A DNA stretch of 64,000 bases, taken from Podarcis vaucheri (lineage: Eukaryota). Positions 40,001-55,000 of this stretch are shown in pieces. The stretch lies in the NCBI GenBank assembly GCA_965113315.1, contig OZ220368.1, one strand, 5' to 3'. A model generated the notes under the pieces. That model worked only from the letters and a program-made list of their open reading frames with translations, made no database searches and was not told where the DNA came from. The translations under genes and the position numbers were made by a program. The stretch's first letter is position 1, and every line of letters starts with the position of its first letter.

Positions 40001-43000
40001 GAAAGTATTTTACAGTAAGGCCAAGACAACAAAATATAACATATCCTGGTCCCAATAAAGCCTAAGTGCAGTAATATCTGCTGAGCGCAGATGAACACAT
40101 AACCCAGTTAGATGCATTCTTTTCCCCAGATGAATGCCAAAGGAACCAGCTCACACTAAGTTGTGTCCTGTCTGTGCAAGATGAAACCATGGTTGTAACA
40201 CTTCATGGGATGCAGTGAGGTAGCCATCAACAATCCCTTTTCATACCAAAAGGTAATGTAAAGTGTAAAATTCCTATTTCTACATAGACCAAAAGGTAAT
40301 GTAAAGTGTAAAATTCCTATTTCTACATAGGATAACAGATACAGATTTGTAGGCAGATGACAGAACATACCTCATGGAGGTTAAACAAGTGAAAGAGGCC
40401 TTGATAACAATGTTGTGAGAGGTAGGCTTCACAACTCAGTCTACTTTGTTCTAGCATGATTCTGGTGATGATGATTATGATGATGATTATACTGCATGCT
40501 AGAAGAGTAACTGTTTAGGACACATGCTAAAACCTAGAAAATAGGGTGCTGAAAAGGGCTGGAGCTCCCCAGAGCAACATTAATTTTCTGTGGCCATTTC
40601 AGGTTAGTTTCCAGCTTGGTTTTGGAACTGAAACTGTCTTAGTCTCCCTTATGAGTGATCTATGCCAAGGGAATGAGACCCTGCTAATTCAACTATACAC
40701 CTCATGACTTTCAACACTATTGACATTGCTATCCTTCTAGATTGGCTGCACTGGGGGAGAACAGGGGAACCACACTTTGGCGATCCCATACCAACATGAA
40801 TCATCAGTTCTAGAAGGTCATGGTGCTGGACTGTTGCTGTGACCCATGACAGTCATGCCATGTTGTTCCACACAACTCTAGTCTGCCCTTCCTATGTTAT
40901 ACCAACATCTATTTGGGAATGGGGAACCAGTGGTTCTCCAGATGTTGAAGTACAGCTCCCATCATCCCTGATTATTACACACACTGGCTGGGACTGATGG
41001 GAGTTGGGAGTCCACCAACATCAGGAGGGCCATGTGTTCTCTATCCCTGATCTACATGAAACTACTGAGTGAGATTTGAGAATTTAGGGCGCACTTGACA
41101 CCCACCTCTATCATATTTCCTTCTAATTCAGCTGGTGCTGTGGCCTTTAAAAGTGCTGAATTGGTGCCTGGAACCCGCAATCGGCTGCATGAGGACCAAT
41201 GTCCTGAAGCTCAGTCATGACAAGTTCTATTGATAGGTGGTTTGCCTGCCTTAGTAGATTGGATACACAGTCTAGAGGTGCTATGAGATCTAGCCTTACT
41301 TCTGGATGCCCAAGTAACCTCAGTGGTACAAAATACCTTTTACTACTCTAGGCTGGTACAACCAAGCTAACCACAATTAATCATGCTCCAGGAAAATCCC
41401 ATTCAGATTGTTGCAATGTATTGTATATGGGGCTGACCTTGAAGAGTTTGGAAGTCAGTTAGTAACCTAGTTGCCATATTTTGCACTACTTGGGATGAGA
41501 TATATGGAACACATCTTGCCAGTCTTAAAACAACTGCACTGGCTCCTGCATTGATTTCCAGAGCAAATTCACTGTGCTATTTAAAGACCTAAACAGCTTG
41601 GGATGAAGATACCTCAGTAACTACTTCCTCCCACATAAACCAGCCAGGGTTTTAAGATCCTCTGAGGCTTTTTGTGCCCTCCCCCATCCGAAGCAAGATG
41701 GATGGTGATGCACAATGGGGCTTTTTCTACTGTGATGCCCTGTCTCTGCAATGCTCTCCCCAGGAGATCTGCCTGGTGCTAATTCTACTTACTTTCCATA
41801 CCAAATGAGGATCTTTTCATTCAGCCATACACTTTAGTGTCTTTTAGTCTCAAATGATGGTTTTATCTGGCTTTTGTTTTTCCCCTGCTGCTTATGTTCA
41901 TTGTCATTGTACTTTAATTGAAGCATGTTATTTTAAATGATTTATACAAACTGCTTTGTGAGGGTTATCCAAACACTTAAAATAATGAGCACATACTAGA
42001 TACCAGGATCAAAAAACTCTGGTGGAGATGCAGCTGTGCATTTCCCTCTCACCACACACACCACTTAATATATGAGGTGGGTGCTCATACATGCACAGGC
42101 CCAATTGCACAGGCAGGAACATAGGAAACTGCCTTATACCAAGTCAGACCACTGGCCCATCTAGCTCAGTACTGTCTACACTGACTGGCAGCAGCTCTCG
42201 AAGGTTTGAGCAAGGACACAGTTCTGGCTCTAGCTGGAAATGTCAGGGATTGAACCTGGGACCTTCTTGATAACAACAATAATTTCATTATTTATACCCC
42301 AGCCATTGGGCGGCTTCCAGCACATATAAAATATTGTAAAACATTAAACATTAAAAACTTCCCAATACAGGGCTGCCTTCAGATGTCTTTTAAAAGTTCT
42401 GTAGTTCTCTATCTCCTTCTTATGCAAGGCAGATGCTCTGCCACTGAGATATGGCCCTTAAACCTCAACCAATACATAAATGTAAAAGACTTTTGTTTTT
42501 GCTGCAAAAACTCAACATCACTACTCTTCTGGAATTTACCAGCTACAGGTGAATTTAAAATCTGAACTCAGATTTTAAGGATGAGTGTGTTCTGCTCAAA
42601 CTTCAGGGAAAAATAATCTGGATATGGTTTCCCTGTTCTGGCTTCCCTCGTCTACTCACAATGCTCGGTGCTTGTCCTTCCTTCCGTATAGTTCCATTAC
42701 CCCACAACATTTCACAACATTTTCATGCATTCAGGATGAAACATATTCTGAAATGGAATACAAATCTAAAGCTGTATGCCATTCACAGAATTTATTCCAT
42801 CTGAAGAATCTGTTGGTAAAGGGGAGGTGGGAGGCTGAAAGAGTCAAGACCCTTGAATATCCATTTCCTAAAATCAAAAGTACAATGCTCATACAGCGGT
42901 CTCCTGGGGGCATCCAGGCAGCTACTGCCTCCCTGTGCACAGCAGCATTCCAGCACCATATAAGCAATTTCATGCCTGTCAATCTCCCTGCTGCTGCCAA

Positions 43001-46000
43001 TAAGTGATTGTAACCATGACAACAAGCACAGAGGAAATGGAGGGGAAGAGCAAAGGATGGCCCCCAGAGAGAGGCTGTGCTGGCGGCTAATCGGCCAGCT
43101 GTCAGTTACCTGGCTACTGAGGCATATTATCTGGAGACACAGCTATTCTGCACTCGCATGCCTGCCCCCACCGCACATGCAGCTCATAGATACAGGTGGA
43201 AGAACACACCAATGTGCATGCATGCAGCACTAAACAGTTCAAAGGCCATCCATATGCTAACATCACCTTCAAGGCTGAGTTCTGCACTGGAGACCCAATT
43301 CCTCTATCATTTTTTTAAGTTCTCAGGACAATTAGGACCACCGTCATATCAATTTACTTGGGACATATCACAGAATGCCAGGTTTTGGTTTGAAAGCAGC
43401 CTAAGCGAGTAGACAGATGCCCATCTACCCACAGTCACTAGGCATATAATATCCTGCAAAGGGAAAAGTATGTGGTCACGTCACTGGTGTTTAGAAGCCA
43501 GGGGTAGAGAGATCAGGCTGCTCAATAAGCTGCAAACGTAGGAAGGAGGTGAGGAAGAAGGAAGCATTTATGCCCTGAGGGGCAACTCAAATGAATCCAG
43601 TTCTGCATTGCTGTGTGCAAAAACTGAAGCGGATGGAGGAGGGGAAGTGCGCCAGCTCCAGTGGTTGCCGACAACAGAAAAGCATGTGCATCAAGGCTGC
43701 CAGCAAGCATCCACAGACAATGCATTGGGAGGAGGGGCAGCAGCACACTCAGAGAGGTCAAGGAAGATTCTTAAGAGCAACAGAGACTGAAAGGAGAAAC
43801 AGAGCTTAATCCTGTTGATCCAGCCAGAATCATATTGCTATTCAACTTCCTCTCATTCCTCACTGATCTCTAGTGAAAACAATGGCACTGCATGCACACA
43901 CACACAACCCTTGTTGCTCCCTCCCTACAAAGCTTATACAACCACTATCTTGCCCTGCTGTCACTCACTCTCAAACTAGTCTTTCATGTCACATTTTTCC
44001 TTGTGGCCACCTAATGGCACCCAGTGTTTATCATTTTGGGCTTCTACACACAAGCTTACTTATTCCCTAAGGTAGAGAGTGCTTCTGTTGTAACCTAGGG
44101 TTAAAACATTAAAGACTGACCGACTGAGAGTGAGTGCCAGTGCTATTCCGTGGCCTGTATTCTGATTCCTGAAATGCATAGTTATGGTGTATTTGCTAGT
44201 GATGTGTTTTAAGTTTCTTTTGACATTGCTTAAGCTCTTATTTGGGGGGCGGGTGACAGGGAGAATTATAATATTTTTAGGCCACTTTTAAGGACAAAAA
44301 CCCTCTCAAGGCACAATGCAACCATGATAAGAATGCTTCAGAAAAGCCAGTCTAGTTAAAAAATAATGAATATTCAGCCAACCCAAAGCTAAACAGACTC
44401 CCTTGGAAGGCGGTAGACTTTCCTTCACTGAAGGTTTTTAAGCAGAAGCTGGATGGTCATATGTCATGGATGCTTCAGCTGAGATTTCTGGATTGCAGGG
44501 GTTGGACTAGATGATCTTCAGGGTGCCTTCTAACTCTACACTTGTATGATTCTATGAAATCATAAAATACAGTCTAAAATCACCAGCTATAGCATGAAGC
44601 AAAACACAGTCTTAAGCAAAGGCCAGAGAGAACAGATTGCCTTTTAGTGCTCTCCTAATTGCTTATAGGGTTGATGATTTATGAACCATGACAAGGAAAT
44701 ATTCCAGAAGTGCAGAGCCACCACAAAAAGATCCTCTCTCATGTAGTGGTTGCTACAGGCAACATGGCACCTATGAAGGCTTCCAGTGGTGCCACTGGGC
44801 AGGTGCCCTAGACTCTGTGAGCAAAATGTGTAGATACCTCCTAAGTGATTTCAATGAAATGAGAGTGATATGACTACCTTGTATATTTTTCCTGGTACTA
44901 AAGAATGCTCCCTGTTGTCATTACACAGCAACTACATCTGTGTATGTGTGATCTCCATAATCAGGACCAGCAAGACATTGCTGGTTCCTCATGGTAAGCA
45001 TAAGGTTGTTGGGGTATTTGTCTTTCTGTATGTACCACTTTGGTGTAGCTAGTAGTGGCTAAACCACCTCAAGTCATGTAACTAGGACATAGATTCCTTG
45101 CCACATCTAAATTAGTCCTTGCTAGTGGTTTTTGAGTCATTCAGCAGATTGAGTTTAAATAAATGGTGGGTTGTAGCAGTAAGCATAATTCAGAATTTAA
45201 TATTACTGCTAAAGAGGATTAACAAATTCCCTTTCTGGTCCCTTTTGAATAGGTTGCAATCAACTTAGTGCTAAGGGAATTGTTCCATCAGCACAAGCAT
45301 TTATGCTTGTCTGACAAACCATCTCCCCTCCCCCGCCCCGTTGTGGGGGTTCCTCTAACCCTTTGGAGTAGATCTGGGGATGGCCCAGGGGTATATGATG
45401 GGGGGGGGGAGAAGGGAGAAATCCCATTGTGCTCGTTGCACTGGCTCCTGCTGGAGCAACAGTTTAATTGTATATGGCCCAGTGTCACAACACACTTGAA
45501 TACAAGTGAAATAATTACTTTACTATACACCTGACCTTATAATTCTAATTTGGCAACCACTAAGAAAATGCAAGAGACTATAAAGGTTATTATCCAATGT
45601 TAGCCATACTCATTTGAGTAAATCCACTGATATCAATGGGCTTGTCCACTGATGTCAATGGGTCTATTAAGAGTATGGCTAAATTGGATCACCATTATAA
45701 GATCTAAACTCATGCACACACAGCCAATGCTCATCCAACTCTCTCATAAGAACTGCATAGAATGAGACATTACAGCAGGGATGAGAAAACCTCTTCAGCC
45801 CAAAGGCCATATCTCTCATGGGCAACCTTCTAGGGGTTGCATGCCAGTAGTAAATAGGGTCAGAGGCAAAAGAGAACAAAGCAACAGCTGTGACTTGGTA
45901 TAATAGACCACATTCCAGCTAAGCAAAAGTCAGGTTTTTACACATCCATACCTATTTCTCCATTCCCCATCCAGGTAAGAGACATTATCAATCACAGTTC

Positions 46001-49000
46001 AAGGACACATTTCAGCCCCAAAAAAGCACTTGAGGAAGGAGTGGCGTACAGCTGATGAGAGGTGTGGCCTGGGGAAGGGGCCTGGCCTGGGCAGCATCTT
46101 GAGGGCCAGAAAGAGACCTGGAGGGTCTCATTTGGCCTCCGTGTTTAAGGTCCCGACTCCTGCTCTACTTCAACCCTGAGGAGTTTGTTCTATTGCACCT
46201 TTATTCTTATGAAAAATGTATTTTTGAAATCTAACCCAAGTCTATTCTATTACCACTTAAGGCCAATGTTTCTCTTTTTTCCAGCAGCACTGGTAAATAG
46301 TGGTTTACTCTGCCATCCTTTTAGATATTTGAACACTGGTATCATGTTCCCTATAATTTTCTTTTATCTAAATTGAGCATGTTATACATTTCCAAGCCTA
46401 TAATATCTGTTGTCATGAATAGTTCTGCCACCTGAAGAACCACAGCACTCATTTCCTTAAAAACAAAACAACCCCCCCTAGCTTTATTGATGAGCCTGTG
46501 GGCAAGGCCTCTAGCTCCCAGACATCAAGGATGTAATCTGTACTATGAACAAATACAGTCAGGGAAGGAGAGGTGTTGGGAGTAGGGAAGGAAAGAGAGG
46601 AGATGAAAGGAGATAGGAAGCAAACTATATTACAGGCCCTGTCTGCTGAGAGAAACTTCCCAATTATGTTTGCACCCAGAACCACACCAATGTAGTCACA
46701 ACAGATTCTAGCTCTGCTAGTCATTAACAGATTTTGAAACAGACCAATAGTCCTGGACAACTCCCCTACTCACTTAGATTCCATACTGTGCTCAGAGGGG
46801 TTACTGAATTAATGCACACCAGTGAACCTCTACAGAAAAAAGGTGAATTCCTCCATTCATTACTACCTTTCATATCACACAAGACAAAGAACTACAACCA
46901 ACAGCCACAGCAAATGAATTAACAGAGAGGTGATTTAAGACCTGGATGAAGACACAATGCAAGACTCTAATGGGTAGGGGCCCAAAGCTGAGCTGTCTGG
47001 CCACTCCATGAACTCTCTTGAAGCTTACAAGATCCTCCCCTAGTTGAAATTAGAACAGAACCAACAGATGCTCTTGTAGATTGGCTGTGGCTACAGAATG
47101 TTTGTTTTGAAGCTTGGTAGAATTCTGTCTCACAAGAATCAACCACGCGATTATTTAAAAGTTAATAATACTAGTTTTAGCTTAATTTCAGTTCTGGTAA
47201 TTCTGTTCTTATTGGTTGGTTTTAGCTTAATTTCAGCACTAGGTAATTCTGTTTTTATTGGCTGATACGTAGTAACTAAAAAAGTCCACAAAAGGTGGAT
47301 GCTTGCTTGCCAATGGTTGCCCCAATTCAAGAGTTCCTCAATCTCCTCCCTTGCCCCCCATCTTCAAGAAGACCTGCGGAATTTATGTACTGTCCATGGA
47401 TATGAAACTCTAAACAAGCGAACTCTATAACCTCTTTGTTGGAATCAGAGTGTGGTTGAGAAAGCTGATTGAAAGTTCTGTCAGTACACGTTCTCCCCTT
47501 GATTGCTGCATGTGGAAACAGTCAGCTTACAGGGGAGGCTGCACAACTGTAACCACAACTGACCCACAATTTGGAACCAACACTTACCTCTGAGCATCAG
47601 GCTGGGAAATGGCATTGACAATGGCCTCCACAGCTGTATCAAAGAGTTCTGGATCACGCAAAGAGGTGAAGGCTGCCTGGATCAAGTTCTCACACTCCAT
47701 CAGGGGAATCTCTAACTGCACCCAGCTCGAGAAACACTTCAACACCTTCTGCTTAATGAAGCTGGGAGAGTCTTGTTGCTGTAGTAATTGCTCTAGCAGG
47801 GGGAAGACAGAACTGCACTCCTGTGCCAAGACGCTACGCACCTGCCCCTTACGGTACTGAGGCAGGCGGCTGGTTTGGAACTCCTCAGGCAGAACAGTCA
47901 GCAGCTCTAAGAGTGCCAGGCAGCGTGCTCGCCCATCAACATTAGAGTCCTCTGCCTGAAACATGCGCACCATGTCAGCAACAGCACATGGCCAGGCCTC
48001 TGGCATCATGTTTAGTGCTAATGAAGCCAGTGCCACACAAAGCCGGGTCAGCACAATCTTGGAACCACTAGCAAAACGGGTTATTTGGCTGAAGAGCTGT
48101 GACTTGAGGCTTTCATACTGGTCAGCTGGGATGTCATTCCAGTAGCGTGAAATCTTGATGTGGAGGGCGCTGGCCCCAAAGTACTGGATCTCAGGCACCT
48201 TGTCCATATCGAGAAGTAGCCAACTGAAGTGCCAGGCTTGTGGTGAGACTTGAGCTTGCATCAACCATTTCTGAGCCAGATTCTTGTTTTCAATGTTGGG
48301 GTCATAATACAACTGGTGGAGTGCCTAGAAGGTAGAAAATAGCAACTTAGCCACTATTTTATATATGCTTGTAAGACAGTAAAAAGCCAGATCCAGATCC
48401 CTTACAGTTGGGTACCTGGTTCATGAAATGTTAACTCTCTCCATATTACAAAAAAGAGTAACACCCCTGCTCTCTGGTTCTTTAGATCAGAAGAGGGCAG
48501 ATATGGTTGAGTGGGGACAATACTACAGATAACCATGCAATCAAGTACAACACAGCAGTTGGGGACTGGTAAAAGTCTCAATTGCCCTCAACAGAAGAAA
48601 TTCAGGATAAGAGTATTCTAAGTCAGTGAACAGAAAGTGTTAATTACTACAGTGGTACCTCTGAATGTGAACGGGATCCATTCCAGAGCCCTGTTCGCAT
48701 CCAGAAGCGAATGCAATCCGCATCTGCGCATGTGGCGATTCGTCGCTTCTGCGCATGATGTCATTTTGATCGTCTGCGCATGCACAAGCTGTGAAACCCA
48801 GAAGGAACGTGCTCCGTTACTTCTGGGTCGTCGCAGCATGCAACCCGAAAATACTTACCCCAAAGCTACTTCAACCCAAGGTATGACTGTATTTCAAACC
48901 TTTAGTGCAGTAATAATATCCTTCCACAATGAAGAGCTAACTAGATGTGAAAGCAGCAGCCTCATGTTTTAGAATTAGGAATGGTAGAAAACAAATATAA

Positions 49001-52000
49001 GGGAGCAGCAATTTAATGAGGAAAGCAGGGAAATGGAAGAAGTCGCTGAACACTTCCTCAGCCCTAGCTGCTTATTTTTAAGTTGGGTTCCAAAACATGA
49101 CGAGAGAAAAGTATTTGGGTGGCAATTCTGAAACAGAAGATTCATAACCCCCTTTCTATTACCTGTTTCTATAATACATTACAATCACCTCCACCCCACC
49201 CCATGCTTAATATCTATTCATCATGGTGCTGTCACATCTAGGTGAACCCAGTTTTCAGTGCCACTTTGCTGAACACACAATGCAATATTCCCCACCAAGC
49301 AAACCCTTTTACTTCTGTATTTTACATATGGGAATAACAGTCTGGTCTATCTTGGTAGTGGCTGTTTCCTGGATATATTGAGTTATAGCTAAGGGCTACT
49401 CCACACTTGTCCAATGCCTAGAAAGCACAGGTCTGAAAGGTTTTCACCTTGTCCCATGCTTTCTAAGCATGTGTCCAGGCGGTTTTGCATTTGCCCTACC
49501 ACTTTCTCTGGGAAAACCCACTCTTCACTGCTGAGTCGGAGCAAACCTCAGTCTGCAGAAAACTCAACTGACATCTGCTCCAATGTAGTTTCCCCAGAGG
49601 AAGCAGAGGGGCAAATGGAAGTGTGAACGAGCCCTGAAGTTCACTTTCTTTACATAGACAGTAAATTCTTCCCTACATAGCTACTAAATTCTTTTCTGTC
49701 TCTCACTCAGAAAAGCTGTGCACCTGCCCATCAGAGGCGAGCTATAGCAGTCACTCAAAACAACTCCCTGTACCTTGTGGCAGACTGCCAGTAAGTTAAA
49801 AGTGAAGCCAAGGGTGGTTTGATTTCTCCACTACTTTTCTGCTGAAGAAATAGAGAAGTTTGAATGGGTGCAAAACCTATTTGCAACTCATGTCACAAAC
49901 CTGTCTTTGTGCAAAAGGAACAACTCATTGGGCCCTCAAAGATACATTTTTGGAAGTGAGGCTATCTGAATTTTGAGTTCAGGTTACCAAAATTACTCAG
50001 CTACTATTGAATATCCTGAGTTTGCCAATGAAGCAAAATCTGTGCTGCTGCCATTTGATAGTGCATATATTTGCGAGACAGGTTTTTCAGCAATAACTAC
50101 TATGAAGACAGTATAAATACTATAAATACAGTAGCCAGCTATGTATCAATAACGATATGAGACTATGTTTGACAACCATCAGTCCCCACATTGATCTACT
50201 CATTAGCGAAGTGCAAGCTCAGCCATCCCACTTATACTTACCAAAATGGACTTTATTGTGAATAAAGTATTTAAAATATTCATAGTTCAAAATATCTAAC
50301 ACTGCTCGTGTAATAGCATGTTTTTAAAATATTTTTAATAGTTCATGAAGCAATATTCTGTAATCAAGTGATTGGTGGTTACATTCCCATAAAAAACTGA
50401 GTATCTCTGTAAGTATTACAAATATTTCAACAAGTTCCATATTAATAGGGGCATTAAGTAAATTTTTGCTTGGATGCCTCAAATAATGGTTATAAAATAG
50501 GCAAATGTGCAGTTAAAATGCATGAAATCGACAGCTGTTGAAGACGTAAAGTACGAAACTCATGTGACACTAATTCAGTGGATCACCATACCAAATAAAT
50601 AGTGGATCATCATACTAAAAAGATTGGGAACCATTGTTTTGAACAAAGCAAAATGTTGAAAAACAGAGACCACAAAACTGATTAGTTTTATCAAATGTAA
50701 AAACAAGAAGTCTCTAAACATAAATGCAAATATTTTAATGGGTAGGTGTAGCAAAGGAAAAAATACAATATGAAGTCATATAGCTCCAGATGTTTTAAGC
50801 AGTGTCTACAAAGAAAAGAATCAGGCTGCTGATCAACAAATGCATTGTGCAGCCATGGTCTGACTTTGTGTCAGGTTCTCCACAAATTTTAGAATAATCA
50901 ATGATATTTCTCAAGATGTGGCACAGACTGCACTCGGTCCTTGTACAAATCTGTAGCAGACTACACACACACATAAAATTCCTATTAACTACTGAACTTT
51001 ATAGTAGGTTCCCATGCAGCCAGAATCTATTGAAATATAAGGGTTAAAATTATTTATATTTTTGAGCAACGATTATCATTAGGTAACTGGAAGTTTCTTA
51101 GGAGCCTCCAACACCAAAACAGAAAGCAGAGTTTGACAGCTTTCATGAAGAAGGACAGTAAACCATGCCCATTTGTATTTGGATTGGTGCTATATAATTT
51201 GTCCATTGTGGTCTGGAGTAAGATGCAAACTGACAGACAACCAAATTTGCAGATGGTGCCAAATTATTCAGGATGGTGAAATCTCAGCAAGACTGAAGAG
51301 CTCCAGGATGCTGGATGAATTGGCAACAAAATGGCAGCTTAAATCCAACATTAATAAGTACATGAATAAACATCACACCACTCGGGCTTTAAGTTAGCTC
51401 ACACACTTACTGTATGTAGTCAGCACATAACTAACACAGTCACAGAAACACGCAGGAGCTCAATTGCTGCATAAACTAAACCATATTACAATCTCCCTAC
51501 GCAAGTGTCTCAAGACTTGACCTGCTGAGACTTCAAAACCTCCAGATCAGGAGAAGGCAAACTAAGGCCAGACGCGACCCAATCGCCTTCTCAATCCAGC
51601 CCACAGACAGTCCAGGAATCAGCATGTTTTTACATGAGTAGAATGTGTCCTTTTATTTAAAATGCATCTCTGGGTTATTTGTAGGGCATAAGAATTCGTT
51701 CATTTCTCCCCCCAAAAATATAGTCCGGCACACCACATGGTCTGAGGGACAGTGGACTGGCCCATGGCTGAAAAAGGTTGCTGACCCCTGCTCCAAATAA
51801 TGCATCTTAAAGTAACAGCATGCATATGCCCCTTCCTCTAGACAACGGAGGCAAGGGCATTGTAGGGATCTTTCAAACAAGCACTTTAAAAGTGGCAATA
51901 ACGGTTTCTCAAGCCTCAGACCAGCTTTATGGGTTCAGCACCATAAGGAGTTGGCATACAGCGTCCAATCCAGCGACTAAAGAAATGGATGCAGAATGGA

Positions 52001-55000
52001 GTGTCGTAAGAAAGCCTGAAATACTGTGCTATTCTTGGGCCAATAGAAATGGCAAGGTTTGTAACATTATATCTTGTAAGCAGCCCAGCATGCACGGCAC
52101 TTTCAGTGCAACAGAGTGAGGTCTCGCCAGCAAAGGATCACTGCTGGGAAAGAACTCGCCTAATGAACACCACAGCACATGGTATACTAATGTAGTTCAA
52201 CTGATGAGACAACACTATTGACACCCTAAGCCTTAACCAGAGACCCAAAACAGGATTCACTTCTTTTCTCTGATCTCTCAAGCAGATTGGCACTGGGTTT
52301 GCTTTATTAAAGGAGCATGAATGAAAATGTGACATATCAGGTTTTGATGCTTAAGTAGCAGCAGCAACTGCCACAAGCTCAGAGTCCCTGGTGCAGTGCT
52401 TCCTCCTTCCAGGCCTCCTCTGAGCTTTTGAAGAGTAAGAAAATAGCAGTTTGTCTCCTTGACAGCACTATGTAAATAACAGCAAGCTAAATTCTCAAAG
52501 TCCCAGAGACTAAGTGAGAAGAGGAGTTCCAGCAGATATCAACAATTAAAGATAGCATGAGTACATGAGGCCACTCCAGGTTAGTGAACACACAAAACCC
52601 ATCCCGTGTTCCTATACAATCTCTCTCCCTGGAATTGCAGGAGATGCAGTTGTTTGAGACATACTTGCTCCATCAAACTGAAGCGAATGGAAACCAACAT
52701 GATGACACTGTGCACACTCAGGATATGGCCTCATAATCCAATGACCTACCCCAATGGGCCAAAGAGGGACTGTATGGCTGCTGACTCTGCAGTGACTACC
52801 ACTCCTCACCTCCTGGAAGGCATTCTGGGTTGCTTTCCTTTCAGTCCTGTCCAAAGCACCCAATATCTTGATCTCCTGAACAGCACAGCCAATTGCCACC
52901 AAGCAACAGGAACCATAGCAACCAGAGCATCATCTGTTCATTCAAGCAAAGACCTAGCCCTCTCCACTATGGTGTAGAGGGCACAGGCAATCTACATAGA
53001 AGGCGGAAAGGTTGCTGAGCATTGCCCTGGTTCTGCAGTACTGAGCGCAGTCAGCTGCAACCACAGTCTCAGTTCTGCCACAATACAGGCGTGAACATAA
53101 CAGGCATTTTCCTCCCACCCACTTGAGCCAAATATTGATGGGCCCATATTATAGAGTTCTGCGCCAACCAAGCCGCCAGACATGTTTGCCAGCAGCCAAT
53201 GACATCCTTCAACACGTCGAAAACATTGCTGGCATTACCCACTGCCTTCAACCCCCACAGTATGCAACATACTGTCACCCCAAAGACAGTAAAGTACATA
53301 AGAGAGGAAGATGGGCCAGCCTTCAGCACCAACAGACCAACAGCTTAAGAAGACTAGATGGTAGTGATGGTGTTATTAAGAATGTTTGTACCCAGTCTTC
53401 ACAGAAAAGGCTTGCAGAACAGCTTACATACAGTACAATCAACTAAAACAAGACAGAAAACAAGTTTATTTAAAAAAGCTAATTCAGTAACAAAAGAGCA
53501 GCTTCTAGCAATAGCTCTTGCTACAGTGAGTATGCCACTACTACTGACTAGAACTAGGGAAGGGGCATGAGTTCTAGGGCTCAGGCTGCAACGTGGTTGA
53601 AGCTTGACATTTAGGAGTGACAGAAGAAGAGTGATGACCCAGGGCTGATCTTCAGAACAGAAGAGTGTTCAAAGAATGCAGATTCTGGGAGAAAGAAAGC
53701 CTACAGTTAGAGCAGCAGCTGAAGTTCCAGACAAAGGAACACATAAGGATTCACATTCTTCACCTCTAGTACATTAGAGTCTGCTTCTTTACAAGAGGAA
53801 AGTACTGCAGACACTTGATGTGGGTGTACACACACACACAAAATTTACAAGAAGAAGGTGATCATATGCCCAGTTAATGCTAACCCTACAAAAGAATCAA
53901 GACTACAAAAGTCACAGAAATATGCAGTCCATGTCAGAGATTGCTTCTTGCTAGCAAATTGCTTTAAAAAATAAACTCTCAAACTGAAACATCGCACACT
54001 GCCTCTTTCACTTACTTTCTAAAATGGGCTTTAGACAAGGGCTAGCATGATTGGCCATCTGTCGTCATGAAGGAAACACCTATTACTTGCTGTTAACTAG
54101 GAGGTATACAAGAACATCAGAATATATGGTTGACTCTTTGCTAGGCACAAGAGACCAGCATTGATCACAGTTGCAACCATGAAACCAGGCGACACAATAC
54201 CGCAGGCTACACAATATCCTTTGTAAGCAAATTCAAACATACCCTTAAAAAACAGAAGCCCCATTGTCTATGAGCAATGACATCTTGTACTGCAGGAACA
54301 AAAAACTTCTTTCTAACAAGCACAGCACCAATACCTTCTGCAACACAATTCATAATGAACAGTGTAAAGCAAACCTAAGAATCCACAATATGCACAGGTA
54401 GTGGTTTGCTCTGTTCCAAATACTCCAGCATCCTATCCCTGGAAATCAAGCAGAGGAATGTCCTTGGGGAAGTCACTTTTAGCTGATGCCAGCACAGGGT
54501 TGTGCCAGGCAACCGAAAACTGTTAGAGCTAAAGATGGTGTGTTCTTGGACCTGTTGCTTTGCTGCTCTCAACAGCAGCACTTCCAGGGCTAGCTCTGTG
54601 CAAGTGGAGAGGCCACGTGCTGGTACTATGATTCATAAGACCAGGCATAAGACAAAATAACCCAGTTATCAGCAGAAGTATAGTGTCCAGATCAAGGGAA
54701 GCAATATTACCACTTTATTCTGCCTTGGTAAGACCACATCTAAAGTATTGTGTCCAGTTCTGGGCACAATTTAAGAAAGATAATGGCAAGCTGGAACATG
54801 TGCATAGGAAGGCAACCAAATGATCAAAGGTCTAGAAACCCAGCCTTATGAGGAATGGTTGAAGGAGCTGGGTATGTAAAGATGAGAAAGACAACCATCT
54901 TTAAATATCTAAAGGGCTGTCACATGGAAGATGCAGCAAGCTTGTTTTCTCCTGCTTTGGAGGCTAGGACCCAAATCAATGGATTCAAGTCACAAGAAAT

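Noticed and set aside
43110-43786. Possible extra IPO13 exon in intron 2 (acceptor at 43787, donor at 43109)
   Set aside because: It would be about 680 nt with stops, and IPO13 homology is complete without it.
52195-52230. CTGATGA as a second hammerhead (also at about 46052 and 57172)
   Set aside because: No stem II followed by GAAA and no NUH site.
52600-53450. Several overlapping 60-120 aa ORFs in IPO13 intron 1
   Set aside because: No recognisable domain or splice frame; possibly decayed TE sequence, but it cannot be assigned without a search.
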